DNA of 38,747 nucleotides from a virus: IMG/VR virus record IMGVR_UViG_3300000929_000001; one strand, 5' to 3'. Shown piece by piece: positions 18,301 to 26,328 of this stretch (position 1 is its first letter; each line of letters starts with the position of its first letter). The notes under the pieces were generated by a model. It saw only the letters and a program-made list of their open reading frames with translations, ran no database searches and was not told where the DNA came from. The position numbers and the translations under genes were made by a program.

Positions 18301-21300
18301 GAGAAGAAAGTAGCGACCGGATACCGTGACGCTTTGTCTGGCGTCAAATTATTGGACGCTAAAGGTGAGGTTCTTGTTGGGTTGACCAGCAATCCAGTTA
18401 CTCAAAAAATCCTCAAAGAAGCCCAGTATTTTTGGAAAAACGGAGAAACTACACTGCCGTCGATAATCAGCGAAATTACGCAGAAGAAACGACAGGCTGA
18501 ATTATGGGCATCATCTGGATCAAATGTTCAATCCAACACAGAGTTTGTATCTGGGTCGGAAGAAGCGATTCGTTTACTCCAAGGAGGCAGTTCTGCAAAG
18601 GTTGACGGCAACCTCTACACCGCCGAAATAGATGTCGAACCCGAAGACCTGCTGGACTGGGACAAGCCACTAAGTGAGCAGGGCGAAAAAGTGAAGGGTG
18701 CGTTTAATTTAAAAATATGGAATGAGGACAGGTTCAAAATTACCGATCTTGATGGAATTGATAACATTTTATCTAAAGACGCAACATTAGGAGAGGCATA
18801 TCAACTGATGGGAGAGCCTAAAGATGTGTCATTACATCTCCTCGCCGCAGGCATCCCCGGCATCCGCTACCTCGACGGCGGCAGTCGCTCGGATGGGCAA
18901 GGAACCTACAACTATGTCGCCTTCGACGAGAACCTCATTCGCATCACCGAGGAGAACGGCAACCGCATCCCCGCATCGCAAGCTCTCGCTCAACCTGTTT
19001 CGACTGATACCAACTACAGTATTGGGACACCGCAGTTCAAAGGATGGTTCGGAGAATGGGATGTCGATCCAACAACGGCATCCAAGGTGGTTGATTCCGA
19101 TGGCAAGCCGATGGTGGTTTATCACGGCACTCAAAGACCGGATCGCGTAGGAGACCGTTTCCGTAAATCTCGCGCCACCTCTGGACCGATGGCTTATTTT
19201 ACGAGTGATCCAGAGGTCGCTTCGTCTTACGCAACGGGAAAGATGGACACCTCCATGGAGATGCCTTCCGACTACGCCGGGTGGTTCAAGTGGAAAGGGA
19301 ATGGGATGCGCTCGCCGGTCAACATTGACCAAGCGTGGTGGAACCTTTCTCCCGAGGAGCGGGCTGCGGTAAACGAACGCATCTACACGATTGGCTATTC
19401 CGATTGGGATGCTGGCGAAGGCCCGATTGTCGGGAATTCGCAGAGCATCATGCCCCGCGACAGCATCGACTACGAATTGCGCCAAGCCCGTGGGAACGGT
19501 CTCCGGGCCTTGGTCGAGATGTGGCTTTCCAGCGGTTCTCTTTTCAACCAAGAGGAAAAGTTTTTGGAAGTCCTGCAAGCGGCAGGCGTTAAAGGGGCAA
19601 CGCTCGACGATCCCAACGCCGCCCGCTCGGCAGTCTACCCGGTCTATCTTTCGATCAAAAAACCGCTCGATACGGCAGACATCCCAAACGATGTCATTTC
19701 TGCTTTGGAACAAGCAGGAAAACGCAAACGGGCAAAGCAATCAGCGGGTAAAAATGCTGATTCATGGGACAAGAATACCATCAGCGGAAACGAGTGGATG
19801 GCCTCGCTGAAAGAGGACATGGCGAAAGGAACGACCCATGCGTGGACGCGCATCCCCGATTGGGTCACCGACACTCTGGCATCCTTTGGTTATGATGGCA
19901 TCAAAGACACCGGAGGAAAACACGGCGGGGTGCGGCACGAAGTCTGGATTCCATTCAACGAAACGCAGGTCAAATCCGCCACCGGCAACCGTGGCACCTT
20001 CGACCCGACCTCGGCGAACATCAACTACAGCATTGGGGTTGACTCAAACGATCCATTGAATTATCGAATAGCTGATGGAGGAAGTGCTATTACAGCTTCG
20101 CAAAAAATCGCCCGTGACTTGGGAGCAAGCAGTCGCGCAATTCAAAAGGCACAACCCAGCGCACCCTCCCGGGATGCCGAACTCCAAGCCATCCGAGAAA
20201 GCGCAAGCATACCTTGGTATGATATTGGAGCGCTCGAAACACCTGCTACGGTAGCTTCCGAACACCAAATCTGGTTCAAGGAAGGAAAAGTTTTCAAAGC
20301 CACGGCCTATGGAAAGTTTGGGCATTCCATAGAGAAAGGGCCGGGGAACGCATTGCCGCTGGAATACCTCCGCCGGATCGCAGCGACCAACGAGGCATTT
20401 GATGATTCTGCAAGGATCGTCGGGAAATTTGAAGACAAGGACGGAAATCTTGGTCTGATCCATGTCCAAGATTTCATCCCAGAAAACCCCGAGAATCCCA
20501 CACAGCCTACGCCAAAACAGATCATTCAGTTCTTGCAATCTCGCGGATTTTTCCCAGCCGAAGGACGGCCCACAAACTATGAGGTCTGGATCAACCCGGA
20601 TCTCGGCATCGAGGTCACCGACCTGCACCCGGGAAATCTCATTGTGGATGCCACGGGGAAACTGGTTCCCATCGATGTCATCGCTAACAAATACGACAGC
20701 ACCAAAGGAGTAAGCTACTCCATCGCCAGCCAGTCGGAGATCGACCGGGTGAACAAGGCGCTCGGCGGCATGAACCGAGGCCCGGACGAGCGGCTCAAAG
20801 TCTACCAACGGGCGAAGAATAGCTTCTCTCGCGTAATGCAGGAAAACAAGGAGGCGCTTGATGCCATACGCTCATCCGTTTCGACTGATACCGCGCCTGC
20901 GACTGAGCGGGTAGAGATGGATCGCGCAGGAAAGATGGCGGATGTATCGAGTGAGGAGAAGACCGAGTTGGAAAAAGCATTGCAGGATAATGCCGACACC
21001 TTCCTTCCGCGCATTGAGGCCGCGCAAACTCCCGCAGAGCGCAAGAAAGTCGAACGTGATGCCAAGGACCGCGCCAAAATCTTAGAGCAAGGAATCCGCG
21101 ACAAATTTGCAGAACGCAAAAAATCGGTGGATGCCGAGGCGAAGTCCCAGCGAGACCAAATCGTGCAAGCCGCAGCGGCAAAAGATTCCGCATCCAATGC
21201 GAGGATGCGCGACAAGGTACGGAATACCAAACTCGTCAACGCTATCGGCGAGTTGGATGGGATTCTCAAAGCGTTGCCGCCAGAGGTTCGCGGCAGGGTG

Positions 21301-23805
21301 GGGGGATTTGCCGTGCTTGCCAATATCGGCACAGGCGACAAGGCGCTTGCAGACTTCTTCGTGCAGCGCATCGACATGATCGACCGCCAGCTTGAGCGCA
21401 CACTCAAGGAAGAGTACGGGACGCAATTCGACGCCTTACTTGAGCGCACGAAGCCAAAGAAAGCCAAGGCTGGCGAGAAGCCCAAGGGTATCGGAGCAGA
21501 CATCCAATCTCTATTTTCAGCGGTGCGTGAGGCCAGAGGATGGAATCCCGATAAGGTGGATGGTCACATCGCCGATCTTGAGACGCAGATCGCCGCTGGC
21601 AACCTCACTCCAGAGGAGGAGGCATGGTTGACCCGCGAGGCAGACCTAGTCTCGCTCGCTGGAGATTGGAAAAATGCTGATTCAAGTCGCCGAGCCGCAG
21701 CACTAGAAGCATCCACGGAGACATGGGCGAAGGGTATGTACGAATTCGTGCAAAAGAAAATTCAAGAGCGTGAGGCCCGCGACATCGCCCGCGCCAAGGC
21801 TATCAAGGCTACTGGCAAAAAGGGCGACTACACAGACCGCAGAGCGAGGTCCGAAGCCGACAATGGGCTGAAGGGAAAAAGCCATGGGTGGCTAATGGAC
21901 ACCATGTCATGGGATCAAGTCGCCGGGATAGTATTCGGTCACGAATCAGCAATCGCCATCGAACTCTCCGATGGTCAGCGCAAGGCCGAATACACCAAGA
22001 TCGATGCCGTGCAGGCTAAGGAAGATGCCATACATGACCTCTTCACGCAGTTGGCAGGCGGTAGCAGGCTAGAGGGTGAAAAGCTCATGTGGAAAATGAG
22101 TCAACCTTCCATCGATGCTGGAGGCTTAAACTTGTCCCAGCTAGAAGCACTATCCCCAACCATGCTTTGGGCGCAGGAGGATGGTCGTCGCCACATGATC
22201 GGGCAACTCGATGCCACGGGAAACCCAACAAGTCGTTGGCACTACAACCAGCAATTCATCGACGACATCGAATCGCAACTCTCGCCAGAGGCGAAAGCAG
22301 TCCGTGATTTCCTGTGGGATTCCTATGGCAAGGGATGGTTCTCAATCAACTCTGTCTACCGTGACTTGAATGGCATTAGCCTTCCCCGCATTTTCAAATA
22401 CTCACCTGTCACGGTCAATCCGATCAATGTTCCATCCGGGATGGTCTCTGATCCTGTGACCGGCAATGCGGTTTCTGCTGGCAGCATATCGCCCGGCGCT
22501 CTCCGCACCCGTGGGACCGCTATCGCGCAACCAAATTTCCGCAACGTCATCAGCACCTATATCGCTCACACTCGGCAGATGGAGCATTGGAAGGCTTTCG
22601 CTCCTTGGACCAAAGAAGCCAATGGCATCCTCCGCAACCGCGATGTGCAGGACTCGATCCACGAAGCAGGAGGAGAGGAGGCTAATAAGGTTCTGAACCG
22701 GTTCCTCGATGCATTTGCTCAAGGCGGCAACCGCGATGCCTCGCTGGGGTTAGAAATCTCGCAGACGCTCAGTCGCATGACTAGTCGAGCCGCGCAAGTC
22801 GCCCTCGTCGGCAGGGTGGGTACGCTTGCAATCCAGTTCACCCAGATCGGTGCAGCGAGCGCCGAGCTTCCTATGGGGGCTTATGTGTCACGCCTCGGAA
22901 AACTGATGACAGGGAACCTCAGTTGGGCAGAGGCGCTGAACTCGCCCTACATTCAGCGCCGGATAAAACAGATGCCTCCAACCGTGCAGATCGCGATGGA
23001 AGGCTTGAAGGCTGGCAAGCCAAACCAACTCAAGCACCAAGTCACAAAGGTGGGGCAACTCATCTCCGGTTCCGATGCTCTCTGGACTGCGGGAACCTAC
23101 GCGATGGTGTACGACTACCACTTGGGGCAAGCCAAGTCTTTCGGCTATACAGGGCAGGCCGCAGAGGAATACGCACACAACACGGCAGAGCGAGTCACCG
23201 ACAGGTTAGCACAACCCACGCGCATGGGAACGAGGTCGATCTATGAGATCACCGCTACAAACCCCGGTGCAAAATTGGGATGGGCATTCGCTTCCGAAGC
23301 CCGCAAGAATATCGCCTTACTCGCGTATACAAAAGCCAACCGGTCAAAAGGTCAGTATAGAACAGCAGCATTAGGTTTCGTTCTATTCAACTTGGCCATG
23401 GGAGCCTTCATCCGCAATGCATGGAAGGACATGAAGGACGACGACGATGAGGAACTCTTCGACGAAAAAACATGGAACTGGAAGCGCATCGGCGTGGCAA
23501 TGCTTACGGAACCCTTGCAGGGCATACCATACCTCGGCGACTACATCGAGAAAGGCATCAATGCCGCACTCGGCCAATACCACCAAAGCTCCGACCTCAT
23601 CAACTTTGAGCGTGGTGTCCGGGCCATCAAGCACATCCCCGACATCCTCGATGGCGAACGTGACATGGAAGGTGTCCTCAAGGACATCGACGGCATGGTT
23701 TCTCTCATGGGAATGTTCAACCAGAGCGCAGCCGCAGCCGCATCGCTCACACACATTGCCTCCGACTTCTTCGGTGTGGCAAAGAACGCAACAACAGAAG
23801 ATTGA
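15319..23805 (+). CDS. Giant (2,828 aa) polyvalent internal virion / ejection protein with two ART-like domains and a kinase-like domain
   Basis: A single uninterrupted ORF in the gp16-like slot. ART-like signature 1 is near 18181-18960 (HHGTPHKVDKF...GTGEGAQAYGWGLYFAEE). ART-like signature 2 is near 19012-20037 (VVYHGTQRPDRVGDRF...MAYFTSDPEVASSYA...RHEVWIPFNETQVKS). The kinase catalytic-loop-like VTDLHPGNLIVDATGKLVPIDV lies at about 20614-20680. The C-terminal region has hydrophobic segments. Confidence 0.75.
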   Translation: MIEINDDETASRIYTEIDNATGDERMQMADALGKYGEKKLQEEYNTNDEHYSKMFMDDAYNQEYKGRSTAIKEAVNPDETWQRGTIQGYLSHRLGRDVTADNYEIERDAFSMSAFGQKNINDGQLFDNIKGDYEWQQKKTEALNDLHMQSVGKAINDSQLGQNRPFVDGMTDVFNTWQQKYPELVDGTNDAAFLSQGYKLYYDTINDLDSVRPQAAQTLTTLEKFTKGESDPEALQTLSNTLIGASPEERQKIYKYVTLAAEAGQIDLAGLDQFALNMGQAFTRGFDFVPQGSLQMQEAGVNNWLESIRNGTQIWVPVDGDLSKAEVGNAPAGVESDAWRQATVPEAETLIQSGQNVREGFKVVRELRNVAKTGVDPIRPVLEENSFWGTAERGAYGLAGSIAPMAATAVNPFLGALAYQATEYDRIMLENSDINPQFAQGLALVEGVANAAIDRVQLKSLSGKLPMFGRYLDRIKSDGIRRTVKIGANVVEQNLQEGAQDLIAPVLETAVAALREDMPDKDFSSLMEGWAGQRAETFFATLPLALIGGGVASFRDIKHPSAELNATKLRMAGFSPEQTTFIQRAENPEEYDARIQMEFPNRTPENIQAGEELIQQSISEAQTPPENSAKLEETVAKDGTRMWTVTTPDGKELLQTKDQQAALVAIREHNGAQILNKQFETQYEPEELRQMITDLSTQWTSEKPGNTLAMESEGMNAQQELEQLQAAGNASQIQELHNRIANSPMKDTPYEQINILGKASVDDVAEMVFGSLITINPNTRPENLREEIHHIGVKVAIKNGSVTLDTLRGWLDATEKALPGTFQNLVRDSEGDIVESLSQVQAAYENGKINADEETKLPPSFIGYIKNMMRTFAEVMRRAVALRGAFKDGALPAEYESFLADSVGLNQQARVDTASQRVAGDVLADTDGKVVFSRAQAQTNAGEIRASNATITGPANYSIAAHHGTPHKVDKFSTAKIGTGEGAQAYGWGLYFAEEKKVATGYRDALSGVKLLDAKGEVLVGLTSNPVTQKILKEAQYFWKNGETTLPSIISEITQKKRQAELWASSGSNVQSNTEFVSGSEEAIRLLQGGSSAKVDGNLYTAEIDVEPEDLLDWDKPLSEQGEKVKGAFNLKIWNEDRFKITDLDGIDNILSKDATLGEAYQLMGEPKDVSLHLLAAGIPGIRYLDGGSRSDGQGTYNYVAFDENLIRITEENGNRIPASQALAQPVSTDTNYSIGTPQFKGWFGEWDVDPTTASKVVDSDGKPMVVYHGTQRPDRVGDRFRKSRATSGPMAYFTSDPEVASSYATGKMDTSMEMPSDYAGWFKWKGNGMRSPVNIDQAWWNLSPEERAAVNERIYTIGYSDWDAGEGPIVGNSQSIMPRDSIDYELRQARGNGLRALVEMWLSSGSLFNQEEKFLEVLQAAGVKGATLDDPNAARSAVYPVYLSIKKPLDTADIPNDVISALEQAGKRKRAKQSAGKNADSWDKNTISGNEWMASLKEDMAKGTTHAWTRIPDWVTDTLASFGYDGIKDTGGKHGGVRHEVWIPFNETQVKSATGNRGTFDPTSANINYSIGVDSNDPLNYRIADGGSAITASQKIARDLGASSRAIQKAQPSAPSRDAELQAIRESASIPWYDIGALETPATVASEHQIWFKEGKVFKATAYGKFGHSIEKGPGNALPLEYLRRIAATNEAFDDSARIVGKFEDKDGNLGLIHVQDFIPENPENPTQPTPKQIIQFLQSRGFFPAEGRPTNYEVWINPDLGIEVTDLHPGNLIVDATGKLVPIDVIANKYDSTKGVSYSIASQSEIDRVNKALGGMNRGPDERLKVYQRAKNSFSRVMQENKEALDAIRSSVSTDTAPATERVEMDRAGKMADVSSEEKTELEKALQDNADTFLPRIEAAQTPAERKKVERDAKDRAKILEQGIRDKFAERKKSVDAEAKSQRDQIVQAAAAKDSASNARMRDKVRNTKLVNAIGELDGILKALPPEVRGRVGGFAVLANIGTGDKALADFFVQRIDMIDRQLERTLKEEYGTQFDALLERTKPKKAKAGEKPKGIGADIQSLFSAVREARGWNPDKVDGHIADLETQIAAGNLTPEEEAWLTREADLVSLAGDWKNADSSRRAAALEASTETWAKGMYEFVQKKIQEREARDIARAKAIKATGKKGDYTDRRARSEADNGLKGKSHGWLMDTMSWDQVAGIVFGHESAIAIELSDGQRKAEYTKIDAVQAKEDAIHDLFTQLAGGSRLEGEKLMWKMSQPSIDAGGLNLSQLEALSPTMLWAQEDGRRHMIGQLDATGNPTSRWHYNQQFIDDIESQLSPEAKAVRDFLWDSYGKGWFSINSVYRDLNGISLPRIFKYSPVTVNPINVPSGMVSDPVTGNAVSAGSISPGALRTRGTAIAQPNFRNVISTYIAHTRQMEHWKAFAPWTKEANGILRNRDVQDSIHEAGGEEANKVLNRFLDAFAQGGNRDASLGLEISQTLSRMTSRAAQVALVGRVGTLAIQFTQIGAASAELPMGAYVSRLGKLMTGNLSWAEALNSPYIQRRIKQMPPTVQIAMEGLKAGKPNQLKHQVTKVGQLISGSDALWTAGTYAMVYDYHLGQAKSFGYTGQAAEEYAHNTAERVTDRLAQPTRMGTRSIYEITATNPGAKLGWAFASEARKNIALLAYTKANRSKGQYRTAALGFVLFNLAMGAFIRNAWKDMKDDDDEELFDEKTWNWKRIGVAMLTEPLQGIPYLGDYIEKGINAALGQYHQSSDLINFERGVRAIKHIPDILDGERDMEGVLKDIDGMVSLMGMFNQSAAAAASLTHIASDFFGVAKNATTED
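18082..18095 (+). repeat. Motif copy (variant GTTTTGGCTGATAC)
   Basis: Inside the giant ORF, read as V-L-A-D-T. Confidence 0.6.
18997..19010 (+). repeat. Motif copy GTTTCGACTGATAC
   Basis: Inside the giant ORF, read as V-S-T-D-T, at the ART1/ART2 boundary. Confidence 0.7.
20878..20891 (+). repeat. Motif copy GTTTCGACTGATAC
   Basis: Inside the giant ORF, read as V-S-T-D-T. Confidence 0.7.
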
Positions 23806-23815
23806 CAGCTTGTCT

Positions 23816-23829
23816 GTTTTGACTGATAC
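23816..23829 (+). repeat. Motif copy GTTTTGACTGATAC
   Basis: Intergenic, 1 nt before the holin ATG. It shares 21 nt (GTCTGTTTTGACTGATACCAT) with the copy at 37361. Confidence 0.8.
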
Positions 23830-23830
23830 C

Positions 23831-24007
23831 ATGACTATGAAAGCACTTTTCTACATATTGGACCGGCTCTCGGAGAACTCGACGTGGAGGGGTATATTGC
23901 TGGTCGCCACCGCTCTCGGCGTGTCGCTTAGTCCGCAGCATCAAGAAGCCATCGTGGGCGCGGGCCTCGGCCTCGTAGGCGCGATAAACATCTTTCGCAA
24001 GGGATGA
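23831..24007 (+). CDS. Putative holin (two transmembrane segments)
   Basis: 58 aa, MTMKALFYILDRLSENSTWRGILLVATALGVSLSPQHQEAIVGAGLGLVGAINIFRKG. It is the first gene of a three-gene cassette ending in the endolysin. It is an internal start within track ORF 23447..24007. Confidence 0.5.
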   Translation: MTMKALFYILDRLSENSTWRGILLVATALGVSLSPQHQEAIVGAGLGLVGAINIFRKG

Positions 24008-24252
24008 CACCGCGCTGGATCGCCGCAGGAATGATCCTCTTCGCCTTTGCCTGTCTGGCGATGGCGTTCTTGACTTCCTGCGTCAGCGTTCCAGTCCCGC
24101 CATTCGGTGAGCGTGTGGGCGAGATGGGGAGTCTGCAATTTTCGCTCGGAGTCAAATACCTTCCAGTGACTCAACCAGACCGACCCGGAGACGCCAACCT
24201 CGCATTCGCGTGGCAGAAATTCGGCGAAGCCAAAGCCCTCAAAGATAAATGA
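24004..24252 (+). CDS. Putative lipoprotein, spanin-like
   Basis: 82 aa. Signal peptide plus lipobox (LAMAFLTS|C). ATGA overlaps on both sides. It lies between the holin and the endolysin. Confidence 0.5.
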   Translation: MTPRWIAAGMILFAFACLAMAFLTSCVSVPVPPFGERVGEMGSLQFSLGVKYLPVTQPDRPGDANLAFAWQKFGEAKALKDK

Positions 24253-24761
24253 ACCACCTCCTCGCAGAAATCGCCGCATCGCAAGTCGGAGTCCGCGAAG
24301 TGGGCGGCAACAACAACGGCGCAGCGATCCGCAACTTTCAAAAAGCTACCAACCTCAAGCCAGCCGATTGGCCGTGGTGCGCGGCATTCGTGGATTGGTG
24401 CGTCCGCGAGTGGCTCGACAAGCCCGGCGTCCGCGAGTGGCTCAACCTCCAATCCTCCACGCCGGAGGAATGGCGACCCAAGACCGCCCTCGCCTACGGC
24501 ATGCTCGACTGGGCCAAGGCCCGCCCGAAGACCACCATCATCCTGCACGACCGCGAGTGGGCGAAGCCGGGCGACATCGTCGTTTTCGACTTCAGTCATG
24601 TCGGCATCGTTGAAAGCGATTCCGGCCACCAGATCGTCACCATCGAGGGGAACACCAACGGGCGAGGTGAGCGAGACTCGGAATCGGGAGACGGGGTTTG
24701 GCGAAAGGTACGGCAGAAATCCATCGCCAGAAATTTTATCCGCATCCGCCCAGTTGTTTAA
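24249..24761 (+). CDS. CHAP-domain peptidoglycan hydrolase (endolysin)
   Basis: 170 aa. Candidate catalytic Cys in DWPWCAAFV and His in FDFSHVGIV, followed by TIEGNTN. This is the typical CHAP/NlpC-P60-type layout. Confidence 0.7.
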   Translation: MNHLLAEIAASQVGVREVGGNNNGAAIRNFQKATNLKPADWPWCAAFVDWCVREWLDKPGVREWLNLQSSTPEEWRPKTALAYGMLDWAKARPKTTIILHDREWAKPGDIVVFDFSHVGIVESDSGHQIVTIEGNTNGRGERDSESGDGVWRKVRQKSIARNFIRIRPVV

Positions 24762-24851
24762 ATAGTCGCGTTCCCGCAGAGAGCGAGAATCGCGTTCCGT
24801 AAGTCGTTGATCAATTACTTGCAAAAAAGCATCAAAAAGTTACAAAAGCGT

Positions 24852-24870
24852 TGGCACAAGCTGGCACAAG
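24852..24870 (+). repeat. Tandem TGGCACAAG x2 (putative integrase arm-type sites, P arm)
   Basis: TGGCACAAG at 24852-24860 and 24862-24870. The same 8-9-mer recurs twice at 25072-25089. Confidence 0.5.
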
Positions 24871-24903
24871 TAAATCTAAATAACTGCAAAACAACGCACC
24901 CAA

Positions 24904-24958
24904 CGCGACTCAAAATCTCGTTCAGCAATGAGTGTCGGTTCGATCCCGACCGCCGGTA
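24904..24958 (+). tRNA. Partial tRNA-Leu(CAA): anticodon arm to 3' end only (attP core, not a functional gene)
   Basis: Anticodon loop CTCAAAA (24909-24915). Long variable arm TTCAGCAATGAGT. T-arm GTCGG-TTCGATC-CCGAC (24934-24950). 3' acceptor strand CGCCGGT plus A (24951-24958). No matching 5' acceptor strand or D-arm lies upstream. A C-U mismatch in the anticodon stem suggests identity to the host gene starts near 24907. Confidence 0.65.
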
Positions 24959-24972
24959 ATCTCTTAAAGATG

Positions 24973-25013
24973 AACCCGCAGAAGCTCTCTAATACAGACT
25001 CTGCGGGTTTCTT
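24973..25013 (+). terminator. Rho-independent terminator downstream of the tRNA fragment
   Basis: AACCCGCAGA (24973-24982) pairs with TCTGCGGGTT (25000-25009), followed by a T-rich tail (TCTT). Confidence 0.65.
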
Positions 25014-25071
25014 GTGTCTGGACTCCGTGAGACTCCTTTTTACTTGTTTGGACAAATAAAGGTTGAAGATT

Positions 25072-25089
25072 GGGCACAAGTGGCACAAG
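25072..25089 (+). repeat. Tandem GGCACAAG x2 (putative arm-type sites, P' arm)
   Basis: GGGCACAAG at 25072-25080 and TGGCACAAG at 25081-25089, in the same orientation as the 24852 pair. Confidence 0.5.
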
Positions 25090-25101
25090 GTGTGTCCAGT
25101 T

Positions 25102-26094
25102 ATGACTCATCAAGTTACGTTTGATAAGACTCGCCGCACCTCACCGTGGAAACTTGATATCCCAGCAAAGGTGGCTGGGCGGCGGTTGCGGTACTTTTAT
25201 CAGACCGAAGGACAGGCATGGTCTGACGCACCTCGCATTTTAAAGCAACTACAAAAGGGAGGTCTCGATTCGCTGGAGGAAAAGGACGGTCCATCGCTGG
25301 CCGGTGCTGCAAAAATCTTCATGCCGCTTTTCCTCAACAAATCGAAATCCCATCGAGAGAAGGTGGAGAAAGTGTGCGGTTGGTTGTCGCGGGATTTACG
25401 CTGCTCGCTGAAGGCGGTGACTCCGATGATGATGGTGGAGTGGTTCGGCAAACTCAAGGGGTCGGACACGCAGCGGGCCACGGTGTATCGGTATGTGCGG
25501 CTATTCTTCAACTGGTGCGTGAAGATGGACCTGCTGGACAAGTCGCCGTTTCGTGCGGTGGACTGCCCAAAGCCGAGGTCGCGGAAGGGCATCCTCAATG
25601 CTGAGGAAATGCGGGCGCTGTTGGATGCGGAGATGAGTGATTTGATGAGGGCTTCGATCTTGTTGGGCGGGTTCGCGGGACTGCGGAGCATCGAGGTTCA
25701 GCGGATGAACTGGGAGGACATCGATGTGAAGGCGGGGCAGGTTTATGTACGCCCGGAGGTCTCCAAGCAGCATGACGGCATGATGGACCGGATCGTGGAT
25801 TTCACCGAACCGATGAAGAAGCGGAAGAAGTTTTTCATTGGAAAGAAGGGACGCATTGTTCCGGGGAGTGCGCGTGCATTCTACGAGGAGCGCAGAAGGT
25901 TGGCCGCGCAACTAGGCTGGGATGGGTTCCCAGAGAATTCGTTGAGGCATTCGTTTGCGACCTATCATTTGGCGAAGTGCAAGAGTCCAAATCTGACTGC
26001 CTTCCAGATGGGGCATTCCAACTCGGCGATGGTGCAACGTGTCTATGCTGTTCCCGCTGCCAGAGCGGATGAGAAGGCGTGGTGGAGGATTTAA
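25102..26094 (+). CDS. int: Tyrosine recombinase / phage integrase
   Basis: C-terminal catalytic motifs: GLRSIEV (Arg), LRHSFATYHLA (His-x-x-Arg), GHSNSAMVQRVYA (His...Tyr). It is adjacent to attP. The start is moved from 25063 to the ATG at 25102 because the first 13 codons of the track ORF are the arm-type repeats. Confidence 0.85.
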   Translation: MTHQVTFDKTRRTSPWKLDIPAKVAGRRLRYFYQTEGQAWSDAPRILKQLQKGGLDSLEEKDGPSLAGAAKIFMPLFLNKSKSHREKVEKVCGWLSRDLRCSLKAVTPMMMVEWFGKLKGSDTQRATVYRYVRLFFNWCVKMDLLDKSPFRAVDCPKPRSRKGILNAEEMRALLDAEMSDLMRASILLGGFAGLRSIEVQRMNWEDIDVKAGQVYVRPEVSKQHDGMMDRIVDFTEPMKKRKKFFIGKKGRIVPGSARAFYEERRRLAAQLGWDGFPENSLRHSFATYHLAKCKSPNLTAFQMGHSNSAMVQRVYAVPAARADEKAWWRI

Positions 26095-26097
26095 ATT

Positions 26098-26277
26098 ATG
26101 CCGTACCAAGACAAGAAAATTCAGAAAAAATTCATGGCTCGGCAGTACAGGACGAAGTACGCCACGGACCTCGCGTTCAAAAATGCCGAGGCGAAACGGA
26201 AATCCGATTGGTATCAAAAAAATCGGGAGCGTCTCATTGCAAAAGTGCTTGAGAACAGAGCAAAGGTGAAAAAATAA
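26098..26277 (+). CDS. Small basic hypothetical protein (59 aa)
   Basis: MPYQDKKIQKKFMARQYRTKYATDLAFKNAEAKRKSDWYQKNRERLIAKVLENRAKVKK. It is below the length cutoff of the ORF track and starts 4 nt after the int stop. Confidence 0.4.
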   Translation: MPYQDKKIQKKFMARQYRTKYATDLAFKNAEAKRKSDWYQKNRERLIAKVLENRAKVKK

Positions 26278-26328
26278 TTTCGCCCGCAGAGGTAGTATCT
26301 ATGGGAGTGTCAATAGAAAAGTGATGGT

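Larger units (their letters stand above)
24766..25101 (+). mobile_element. attP region
   Basis: A non-coding gap between the endolysin and the integrase. It contains direct repeats, phased A-tracts, a tRNA 3' fragment and that tRNA's terminator (see the separate entries). Confidence 0.7.

Noticed and set aside
24876-25088. Minus-strand 70-aa ORF across the attP region.
   Set aside because: It is the translation of the tRNA fragment and terminator (…GIEPTLIAERDFESRW…), a typical tRNA-shadow artefact.
25063-25101. Integrase start at 25063 (MKIGHKWHKVCPV...).
   Set aside because: These codons are the tandem GGCACAAG repeats, which are also present upstream of the attP core. The ATG at 25102 is the more likely start, but this is not proven.
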